A stretch of 64,000 nucleotides of DNA from NCBI GenBank assembly GCA_964291405.2, contig OZ219926.1:2304001-2368000 (forward strand), written 5' to 3'. Below the pieces are notes generated by a model that was not told where the DNA came from, searched no databases, and saw only the letters and a list, made by a program, of their open reading frames with translations. The position numbers and the translations under genes are program-made. Of the stretch, positions 56,498 through 64,000 are shown piece after piece (within the stretch, counting starts at the first letter, position 1; each line of letters opens with the position of its first letter). The DNA is from Thermodesulfobacteriota bacterium (GTDB lineage Bacteria; Desulfobacterota; Binatia; Bin18).

Positions 56498-57097
56498 TCA
56501 AACCGTCTTTCTCTTGCCGCTCGCCAGCACATAAACTTCGGCCGAGCCCTTGCGCGTCGCTTCCGGGCGGGAGGTTTTGACCGTCTGAAAGGCGGAGCGT
56601 AACGTCGTGACAAAAGGCTGATATTCTGCGCTCATAAAGGTTTTGAGGAATAAGGTGCCGCCTGGCTTCAACAGGGGGCCGCAGCAGCTCAGAGCGGTCT
56701 GGCATAAGGCGGAGACGCGGGCGTCATCGGCCTCACGCACCCCACTCAGCTTGGGCGCCATGTCCGAGAGGACGACATCGGCCGGGCGACCCAGTGTGGC
56801 GAGGAGGGCTTGCTGCTGCTCCGGGTCGGTGGCATCGCCTTGCACCAGGGTGACGTTGGCAAGCGGGAGGGGCTCCAGCTTGACCAAGTCTATGCCCAGC
56901 ACCCGCCCGGACGGCCCGACCGCCTTGGCTGCGACCTGGACCCAGCCGCCCGGCCACGCTCCGAGATCAATGACCCAGTTCCCCGAGCGCAAAAAGCGCC
57001 AGGTACGGTTGAGTTCCAGGAGTTTATACGCCGCGCGGGAGCGATAGCCCTCCTGCTTGGCTTTTTTATAGAAGGCGTCCTTGCGTTTGTAAGCCAC
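56498..57097 (-). CDS. rlmE: 23S rRNA Um2552 methyltransferase
   Basis: YRSRAAYKL, DLGAWPGGW, SDMAP, KGSAEVY; GTG start at 57097. Confidence 0.94.
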   Translation of the reverse strand: MAYKRKDAFYKKAKQEGYRSRAAYKLLELNRTWRFLRSGNWVIDLGAWPGGWVQVAAKAVGPSGRVLGIDLVKLEPLPLANVTLVQGDATDPEQQQALLATLGRPADVVLSDMAPKLSGVREADDARVSALCQTALSCCGPLLKPGGTLFLKTFMSAEYQPFVTTLRSAFQTVKTSRPEATRKGSAEVYVLASGKRKTV

Positions 57098-57109
57098 GAA
57101 CAATTTTCT

Positions 57110-57132
57110 GGGAGTGCGGGCATCCTGCCCGC
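57110..57132. repeat. Short REP-like hairpin (single copy)
   Basis: GGGAGT-GCGGGCA-TCC-TGCCCGC. Confidence 0.5.
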
Positions 57133-57143
57133 TTGGGGGTCGG

Positions 57144-57914
57144 CTATTTGGGCGCCATGCGAATGGCACCGTCGAGCCGAATGGTTTCACCATTTAACAT
57201 GGCGTTCTCGATGATCTGGCAGGCCAGGGCGGCATATTCTGCCGGACGGCCCAGACGTTGCGGAAAGGGCACGCTGGCCCCGAGCGCCTGCCGGGCCGGC
57301 TCGGGCAGCCCCATCAGCATCGGCGTCTCAAAAATCCCCGGCGCGATGGTACAGCAGCGTATCCCGGTGCGGGACAGGTCGCGGGCAATCGGCAGCGTCA
57401 TGCCGACAACGCCGCCTTTTGAGGCCGAATAGGCCGCCTGGCCGATCTGTCCGTCAAAGGCCGCCACCGAGGCCGTGTTAATGATAACGCCCCGCTCGCC
57501 GTCGTCGCGCGGCGCGTTTTTCGCCATATGCGCGGCGGCGAAACGAATCACGTTAAACGTGCCGATGAGGTTGACCTCAATGGTTTTGCGGAACGGTCCG
57601 AGATTGAGCGGCTCGTTGCCCTTGCCCAGGGTCCGACCCGCGGTGGCAATACCGGCACAGTTGACCGCGATATGAATGGCACCGAAGTGTTCGACCGCCC
57701 GGCTCATGGCGGCCGCCAATTGATCGTCGTTGGTCACATCCGCTTCGAGAAACGTGGCGTTTTCTCCGAGTTCTTGGGCAATGGCGGTGCCGTTCGATTT
57801 ACTCAGGTCCAGTATCGCCACGCTGGCCCCCCGGGCCACCAGCGTCCGCGCCGTTGCTTCGCCCAGGCCGGAACCGCCACCGGTGACGACCGCTACACTC
57901 TGCTGAATATCCAT
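57144..57914 (-). CDS. 3-hydroxyacyl-CoA dehydrogenase type II (HSD10-like SDR)
   Basis: [33 protein letters not shown]. Confidence 0.92.
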   Translation of the reverse strand: MDIQQSVAVVTGGGSGLGEATARTLVARGASVAILDLSKSNGTAIAQELGENATFLEADVTNDDQLAAAMSRAVEHFGAIHIAVNCAGIATAGRTLGKGNEPLNLGPFRKTIEVNLIGTFNVIRFAAAHMAKNAPRDDGERGVIINTASVAAFDGQIGQAAYSASKGGVVGMTLPIARDLSRTGIRCCTIAPGIFETPMLMGLPEPARQALGASVPFPQRLGRPAEYAALACQIIENAMLNGETIRLDGAIRMAPK

Positions 57915-57967
57915 GTTTGTCCTCCATCCTTTTATACGCGCTGTGACCTCGGCTCTTTCTGCATGGC

Positions 57968-60900
57968 TCAGGTCTGCCAAGGCCGGATGTAGCGTTGATA
58001 TACTTTTGGCAATTCCGTGGGAAGGGATGTCACGTCTTCGAGGACCATATAGCGGGAGGGCGCGCACATGTCGCGCAGATAATCATGGCCGGCCTTATCG
58101 ATGGTCAGACAGAAGGTCAGCACGCCGGCCTGGTCGGCCTCCCGCAGCGCCATCATGGTGTCCTGAATGCCGTAGGTGGCTGAACGCCGGTCAGTGCCAT
58201 AGTCCATATCCTGGGGAAAGCCGTCGCTGAGCAGGACCAGGAGCTTGACCCGACAGGCGATATCTTTGAGCTTTTCCAGGGAGTGACGAATGGCCGGGCC
58301 CATCCGGGTCGAACGCTTGGGTTCAATCGCACCGATCCGGCCCTTAATGGTCGGAGAGAGAGATTCGGTGAAGGATTTGACGTGATAGAACTCGACATTG
58401 TCGCGGCCCTGACCGGAAAAACCGTAGACCGCGTAGGCATCGCCGATCTCTTCCAACGCTTCCGCCATCAAAACCAGGGCTTCTTTAGTGACATCAATAA
58501 TGCGACGTGGCTTGGGCGGCAGCGTCGCGGGTTTTTTCTTCCACGCGGCCAGCCAATCGTCCGGGTCGTCCTGACTATACGTGGGCGGCAGCGGCACCAC
58601 GGGTTCGTCTGTTGAGGCACTCATATCCAACAGAAACAGGGCCGCAACATCCCGCTCGGTCTGGCGTTTGGTGGTGTAGACCTTGGGCGAGGGCGCAAGC
58701 CGCGCCCGGCGGTCGCTGACCGCGGTCACCACCGCGTTCAGATCAAACTCCTCGCCGTCCTCAAGCCCGCGCACGAGTCGGTACTGCTCGGGTCGGATGC
58801 GTTGAAACTCGGCCTTGATGGCCGGGGTGAGGGCGACATAGTCACCTAACGTCTTGGCAAAAAACTCGCCCGCATCACCGCTGAGCATAATTTCGCGCAG
58901 CCGGCACCAGCGCGCGCGATAATCGGCAATATGATAATCCCACTCGTCATAGAAAAAGGTCAGGGCTTCCTGTCGCTCCCTCCGGCGCCTGGTACTCATT
59001 ACCGTGCCATTCTCGGGCAGGAGCGTGTCCGGGTCGGAGTGGGCAGGCAGCTTGCCGTCCAGGTCCGTAATATATAAGCCCTGCGGGCTCAGGCTGTCCG
59101 GCTTGCTCTGGCGGATGTTGAGCTCTATTCCGGCCTCAAGCAAGGCTTTGAGCTCTTCCGGGGACAGCGGCGCTCCGCCGCTGTCGTCATCTTCCTCGGG
59201 CTCCAGGGCTAACTGAGGTAGCTCCGGCATCTCTTCTGTAGGCGGTGGACTGTCATCGGTCATGTCGGGATCGATGAGCGCATCGCCGGTCATTTTTTCA
59301 AACAGCGCGGCCTCAAACGATGCCGGGTCCTGCTCTTGAGACTGCACCATCACCAGAGAAGACAGAATGCGCTGATACGTGTCGGCCGCCCACCGGGCCG
59401 AATCATATACCGTGTGAGACGGCTGTGAGGGGAGCGGCAGCGTAGCAAAGAGGGCTCGCAAGGTTTCGGGCAGGAGCGAGGGCAGGGATACGGCGTTCAA
59501 CCAGTCGAGGTCCAACCGCAACCCGCGGTAGGACTGACCGATCCGGTGGGTCACGCGCCGCGTTTCCACGAGCAGAAAAAGGGCTTCGACTACATGGGGG
59601 TGGGGGAAACAGGCAAAGAAAGCGCCCAGGCCGCCGGTGGGCAGACCTGAAGCTTCTCTGAGTTGATGGACCTCCGCGGAGAGCTGTGGCCACAGACGTT
59701 CCAGACGAAAGTCGTAGGTGCCAAACTCACGCCGGCCGGCCTGGACCATAGCCAGAGCGCGAAAGAGTCTGAAATTCTCTTCGTACGTCGGAAAAAGGTC
59801 GACCCGGGTCGGCAATGGAATGGCGTCACCGGGAAGGGGACCAGAGGGGCCCGGGGGACCCATCCCCCACGAAACAGCTTCGAGCGCCGGCGGATAGGAG
59901 AAAAATTCCTGACGCTCGATACCGGCCGCCCAGCCGGACAACATCTGGATATACTTGCGCAGCACTTCCTGGACTTCGTCCAGATCGACCCCGGTGTCGT
60001 CGTGGCGGAGGACGCGCAGGCTGGTCCGCGATTCCAGTGCAAAAAAGGCCACCCCCGCTTCTGGGCGGGCGCATCCGATGGACCGTCCCATGGCGATCCA
60101 TTCCAGCAGCCGCTGCTCGCCGGCTTCCTCAAAGGCTCGGGGCAAGGTCCGTATGACGGGGGGAATGCCAGGCACGAAATCCTGGGCCAGAGCAATTAAT
60201 GCCTCGCGCAGGGCAGGCCGCTGCTCGCTTTCAATCGCGTTAAGGCAGGGACCCATGAGCGGAAAGAGCGAGAGCAGGGCCTCGGGGTCGGATCGAATCA
60301 CCGGCGACAGGATAGTCAGCAGAAATATCCGAAGGGAAGACGGCAACCCGGCCAGCACGGCCGGGAGCTGAACAAAGACGCCTGCCGCCGCAGTGGGTGA
60401 ATGGTCGGCCGCAGCCTGACAGTCCACTAATAACTGGAGGCGAATCTTTTCGGCCAGCTCGGCAAAGCCCTCGGGCAGCGCCGTGTAGAATGTCCACGGG
60501 CCGGAATCCTGGACGAGCACGCCTAATACGGCCCACGCCCGCATCTCTTCCGGGCTCAGAACGGACAGGGCGGTCGGGGCTGCGGAAAAATAGGAGAGGG
60601 CCAGAAACTCGCCTTTCCAGCCTTTTTGCCTGAGCAGCGCACTCCCGTGCTTTGCCCAAGCGTGCAGGCGGTCTTTGAGCGGAGCCGGCAGGATCGGCAG
60701 CAACGGAGCCGAGGTCTGCAAGAATTGAGCGCCCAAGCGGCGCGAAACCTGAAGGACTTCACGACCGATAGAGGCCCACGCCTCGATCTGATCCCAGCCG
60801 AGCCGAGCAATCACGTCAGGGGGAATGGAAAAATATGCCGCGGCCCCTTCACGCGAGGTCGGCTCGTCCCGAACAAATCGTTCGCCAACCCGCACCCACT

Positions 60901-61120
60901 GCGCAAACCGATCCTCCCCAAATGTGTGCCAAGCGGCCGGTGCGTTGCGACAGAACACTTGGGCTAAGGTGAGGGAGCTGTTCGCCAGACGATCACCGGC
61001 CTCCAGGAGGGTCTCCCGTGCCGGGGCTGGCAGGGCATCGAGTTCAGCCAACAGGGCTTGGCCTCGTTCATCACCGAGCAAATGACGGCTATCAAACCAC
61101 AGATTTCGAACAGAGGACAT
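57968..61120 (-). CDS. Large NorD/CbbO-like VWA protein with N-terminal helical repeats
   Basis: [37 protein letters not shown]. Confidence 0.85.
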   Translation of the reverse strand: MSSVRNLWFDSRHLLGDERGQALLAELDALPAPARETLLEAGDRLANSSLTLAQVFCRNAPAAWHTFGEDRFAQWVRVGERFVRDEPTSREGAAAYFSIPPDVIARLGWDQIEAWASIGREVLQVSRRLGAQFLQTSAPLLPILPAPLKDRLHAWAKHGSALLRQKGWKGEFLALSYFSAAPTALSVLSPEEMRAWAVLGVLVQDSGPWTFYTALPEGFAELAEKIRLQLLVDCQAAADHSPTAAAGVFVQLPAVLAGLPSSLRIFLLTILSPVIRSDPEALLSLFPLMGPCLNAIESEQRPALREALIALAQDFVPGIPPVIRTLPRAFEEAGEQRLLEWIAMGRSIGCARPEAGVAFFALESRTSLRVLRHDDTGVDLDEVQEVLRKYIQMLSGWAAGIERQEFFSYPPALEAVSWGMGPPGPSGPLPGDAIPLPTRVDLFPTYEENFRLFRALAMVQAGRREFGTYDFRLERLWPQLSAEVHQLREASGLPTGGLGAFFACFPHPHVVEALFLLVETRRVTHRIGQSYRGLRLDLDWLNAVSLPSLLPETLRALFATLPLPSQPSHTVYDSARWAADTYQRILSSLVMVQSQEQDPASFEAALFEKMTGDALIDPDMTDDSPPPTEEMPELPQLALEPEEDDDSGGAPLSPEELKALLEAGIELNIRQSKPDSLSPQGLYITDLDGKLPAHSDPDTLLPENGTVMSTRRRRERQEALTFFYDEWDYHIADYRARWCRLREIMLSGDAGEFFAKTLGDYVALTPAIKAEFQRIRPEQYRLVRGLEDGEEFDLNAVVTAVSDRRARLAPSPKVYTTKRQTERDVAALFLLDMSASTDEPVVPLPPTYSQDDPDDWLAAWKKKPATLPPKPRRIIDVTKEALVLMAEALEEIGDAYAVYGFSGQGRDNVEFYHVKSFTESLSPTIKGRIGAIEPKRSTRMGPAIRHSLEKLKDIACRVKLLVLLSDGFPQDMDYGTDRRSATYGIQDTMMALREADQAGVLTFCLTIDKAGHDYLRDMCAPSRYMVLEDVTSLPTELPKVYQRYIRPWQT

Positions 61121-61129
61121 GAATAAGGA

Positions 61130-61194
61130 GGGGGATGGGGGTTAGGGATTAGGGGTTCGAGGCCAATCCCCAACTCCCAATCCCCGATCCCAAT
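61130..61194. repeat. Inverted heptamer tandem array (family C)
   Basis: GGGGGATGGGGGTTAGGGATTAGGGG ... CCAATCCCCAACTCCCAATCCCCGATCCCAAT. Confidence 0.8.
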
Positions 61195-61196
61195 TT

Positions 61197-62111
61197 CTAC
61201 ACATAGGTCAGCCAATCCCGATATTTTGGATTGGTGCCTTTAATGACGGTATCGAAGCGGGCCTTGAGCTCTCTTGTGATCGCTCCGGGCGTTCCCCCAC
61301 GGATCACACGGTCATCGAGCTCGCGAATCGGTGTCACCTCTGCGGCCGTACCGGTAAAAAAGACCTCGTCGGCAAGATAGACCTCGTCCCGGGTGATCCG
61401 ATCCTCCTCCAGCGGGACGTCCATATCTCGCAGCAGGGTGATGGCGGTATCGCGGGTAATACCGGGCAGGAGCGAAGACGAGAGCGGAGGCGTTTTGATC
61501 TTGCCCCGCCGGACGACAAAGATATTTTCTCCCGGCCCTTCGGCCACGTAGCCGTCGGTATCGAGCAGCAGGGCCTCGTCATAGCCGAGGGACCAGACCT
61601 CTTGGCCGGCAAGAATGGAATTCAGGTAGGTGCCGACGGCCTTGGCCTTGGTCATCAGGGTGTTAACATGAAAGCGTTGAAACGACGAAGTCTTGACCCG
61701 AATGCCCTTGAGCAGCCCTTCCTCGCCCAGATAGGCCCCCCAGGCCCAGGCTGCAATGGAAACGCGAATCGGGTTGGTCCTGGCGTGCAGGCCTCGATCC
61801 CCCTCGCCCACAAAGACCAGAGGACGGATATAGCATTCCTTGAGCGCATTGGCCCGAACCGTTTCCAGGCAGGCCTGAATAATATCCTCTTGAGAAAAGG
61901 GGATGGTAAGCCCGAGGATGTGGGCCGAGTCGAACAACCGCTCGATATGTTCGGATAAGCGGAAAACGCCGGACCGACCGTCTTCACCCGCATAGCAGCG
62001 AATGCCTTCGAATACACCCACACCGTAGTGGAGTGTATGGGTGAGGACATGGACTTTTGCCTCGTCCCAAGGAACGAGTTCACCGTCCATCCAGATTTTG
62101 CCGTTTTCCAC
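61197..62111 (-). CDS. ilvE: Branched-chain amino acid aminotransferase
   Basis: LHYGVGVFEG, YIRP, AKA..TY.NS, LPGITR, GTAAE. Confidence 0.96.
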   Translation of the reverse strand: MENGKIWMDGELVPWDEAKVHVLTHTLHYGVGVFEGIRCYAGEDGRSGVFRLSEHIERLFDSAHILGLTIPFSQEDIIQACLETVRANALKECYIRPLVFVGEGDRGLHARTNPIRVSIAAWAWGAYLGEEGLLKGIRVKTSSFQRFHVNTLMTKAKAVGTYLNSILAGQEVWSLGYDEALLLDTDGYVAEGPGENIFVVRRGKIKTPPLSSSLLPGITRDTAITLLRDMDVPLEEDRITRDEVYLADEVFFTGTAAEVTPIRELDDRVIRGGTPGAITRELKARFDTVIKGTNPKYRDWLTYV

Positions 62112-62192
62112 AGAAGCCTCCTCGCAAAAAGAAGTTTTTTGCAAATCAGAAGCCCTGGGGAAAGTCAACGGGTGGGCGCGTGTCCGAGTCGT

Positions 62193-63437
62193 CTAAAAAG
62201 GCAGCTCAGCGGGCATGAACTCTTCCCGATCAAGGACAATAGCGGTCGCGGTGGTACCCTTGCGGAGAAGGGCCATCTCGGGCGGTCCGATCACCAGACT
62301 CTCTCCGAGAGAAAGCGAACTCAGGACACCGGAGCTCTGGGTGCCGGTTGAATGCGCCACATAGCCGGACCCGTTCCGGGTCAACTGACAGCGGACGAAT
62401 TCCGTCAGGCCCTGGGCCTTGGGAATATCTTCACCAAGGATGACCTGAACGGTCGGAAAGAAGAGCTTGCGATAGCCGGCCATGCGACGCAGCGCGGCCC
62501 AGGTATAGAGATAGAAACACACCAGAGCGGAGACCGGATTGCCTGGCAGTCCAAAATACGGGCGTCCGCGGAGCAGGCCGAACGTCAGCGGCTTACCCGG
62601 CTTTTGGGCGACCCGCCAGAACAGGCGCTCGATGCCAATATCGTCCATGGCCGCTTTGACAAAATCAAAATCCCCAACCGATACCCCGCCGGTCGACAAC
62701 ACGACGTCATGTCGCACGGCCTCTTCGAGCGCGGCGCGCGTTTCTTCCAGACTATCGCGGGCAATGGCCAAGGGAACGGGCTGACCGCCGGCCTCACGCA
62801 CGGCCGCAGCCAGCGTGTAGGCATTGGAGTTCACAATCTGACCCGGTTGCAGCGGTATATCGACTTCGGCCAGTTCATTGCCCGTACTCAAGATGGCGAC
62901 CCTGGGGTGCTGATGAACGAGCACAAAACTGCGTCCGACCGAGGCAAGCAGGCCGATATCCGCCGGTCGGAGGACGCGACCCGGCTTGAGAATCGTCTGA
63001 CCGGGTTGGATGTCCTCACCACTCGCGCGCACATTATTGCCTCTGGAACCGGCCTTGCAAATAAGCACCTGGTCGGGTTGTTCCTGGGTGTCTTCGACCT
63101 TGATGACGGTATCGGCCCCCGGCGGCAGGACCGCGCCGGTCATGATTTTACTCGCCGTCTCGGGTTCGACCGTTTTGGTTGGCACGGCACCGGCTTGAAT
63201 GACTTCCAGGACGGACAGCACAACGGGCTGGTCTGCCTGGGCGGACTGAATGTCATCATGCCGAACGGCATAGCCATCCATGGCTGAGTTTGTAAACGGC
63301 GGGACTTTGCGGACAGACTGGACCTCCTCGGCCAGGACGCGCCCGGTTGCTTCAAACAGACTGATCCGCTCACCAGCCAGCGGAGAGACGGTCTCCAAAA
63401 TCTGGGTCAGGGCCTCATGTACGGAGATCATACGCAT
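62193..63437 (-). CDS. moeA: Molybdopterin molybdotransferase
   Basis: SAMDGYA, IMTGA, STGNEL, TGGVSVG, GLPGNP. Confidence 0.96.
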   Translation of the reverse strand: MRMISVHEALTQILETVSPLAGERISLFEATGRVLAEEVQSVRKVPPFTNSAMDGYAVRHDDIQSAQADQPVVLSVLEVIQAGAVPTKTVEPETASKIMTGAVLPPGADTVIKVEDTQEQPDQVLICKAGSRGNNVRASGEDIQPGQTILKPGRVLRPADIGLLASVGRSFVLVHQHPRVAILSTGNELAEVDIPLQPGQIVNSNAYTLAAAVREAGGQPVPLAIARDSLEETRAALEEAVRHDVVLSTGGVSVGDFDFVKAAMDDIGIERLFWRVAQKPGKPLTFGLLRGRPYFGLPGNPVSALVCFYLYTWAALRRMAGYRKLFFPTVQVILGEDIPKAQGLTEFVRCQLTRNGSGYVAHSTGTQSSGVLSSLSLGESLVIGPPEMALLRKGTTATAIVLDREEFMPAELPF

Positions 63438-63452
63438 ACCCGTTTGAGAGCC

Positions 63453-63959
63453 TTACAGCCCACCGGCCTTGACGCGTTCCTGTAGGCGTCGGTCTTTGTC
63501 TCGCGTCTTTTCAACCAGTTCGGCTTTGAAGGCCTGAAACCGTTCTAGCAGACCGGCATTGCTAGTTGCCAGGATTTGAATGGCCAGCAGGCCGGCGTTG
63601 CGAGCCCCATCAATAGCGACGGTCGCAACCGGTACGCCAGCCGGCATCTGAACAATGGACAGCAGGGAGTCCTGGCCGCTTAGGGCCGCGCTCTTTATCG
63701 GCACCCCGATAACCGGCAGGGGGGTATGGCCGGCAACGACCCCCGCCAGATGGGCGGCTCCCCCAGCTCCGGCAATAATGACCTTGAGGCCCCGCTCAAC
63801 CGCCTGACTCGCATAGTCGGTGGCATCGTGCGGTGTCCGATGGGCGGACAGGACGCGGATTTCATACCCAACCTCAAACTCCTCACAGACTTTGGCCGCT
63901 TCTTTCATCGTATCGAGGTCTGAGTCACTGCCCATAATAATACCGATCTGGGGGGTCAT
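63453..63959 (-). CDS. purE: N5-CAIR mutase
   Basis: [27 protein letters not shown]. Confidence 0.97.
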   Translation of the reverse strand: MTPQIGIIMGSDSDLDTMKEAAKVCEEFEVGYEIRVLSAHRTPHDATDYASQAVERGLKVIIAGAGGAAHLAGVVAGHTPLPVIGVPIKSAALSGQDSLLSIVQMPAGVPVATVAIDGARNAGLLAIQILATSNAGLLERFQAFKAELVEKTRDKDRRLQERVKAGGL

Positions 63960-63981
63960 GTTTTCTCCTTTTCATTCCTGT

Positions 63982-64000
63982 GTAGGGGTGACGTGTGTGT
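63982..64000 (+). repeat. Possible GTAG-type REP start, truncated by window end
   Basis: GTAGGGGTGACGTGTGTGT. Confidence 0.35.

Overview
64-kb stretch of a moderately GC-rich bacterial chromosome. The gene content suggests a Deltaproteobacteria/Binatia-like, possibly host- or sponge-associated organism, which is an inference only: five family-III CoA-transferases, a tRNA-Ser-ffs-dnaX-ybaB-recR block, a partial nuo operon, and secreted FG-GAP and M6-peptidase proteins. Most genes are housekeeping or metabolic (purC, purE, tatBC, nuoACDEHJKLMN, cobS-like, tldD/pmbA, rlmE, ilvE, moeA, two tRNAs, SRP RNA). The main unexplained signal is a dense set of miniature palindromic elements in several families. 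Family A is a 54-55 bp palindrome with 9 copies, covarying arms, and two copies translated in frame. Family B is an inverted 9-mer array with 4 copies, two of them in frame in nuoM and dnaX. There are also G-quadruplex-like heptamer inverted arrays and smaller REP-like hairpins. Other highlights: a small islet with a RelE/HigA-type toxin-antitoxin pair facing a Cas4-like nuclease split into two membrane-anchored halves; a complex I operon lacking nuoB, F, G and I; a motif-degenerate CobS; and a repeat-rich Ser/Thr kinase-FGE-sulfatase protein. No CRISPR array, transposase, integrase or reverse transcriptase was seen.
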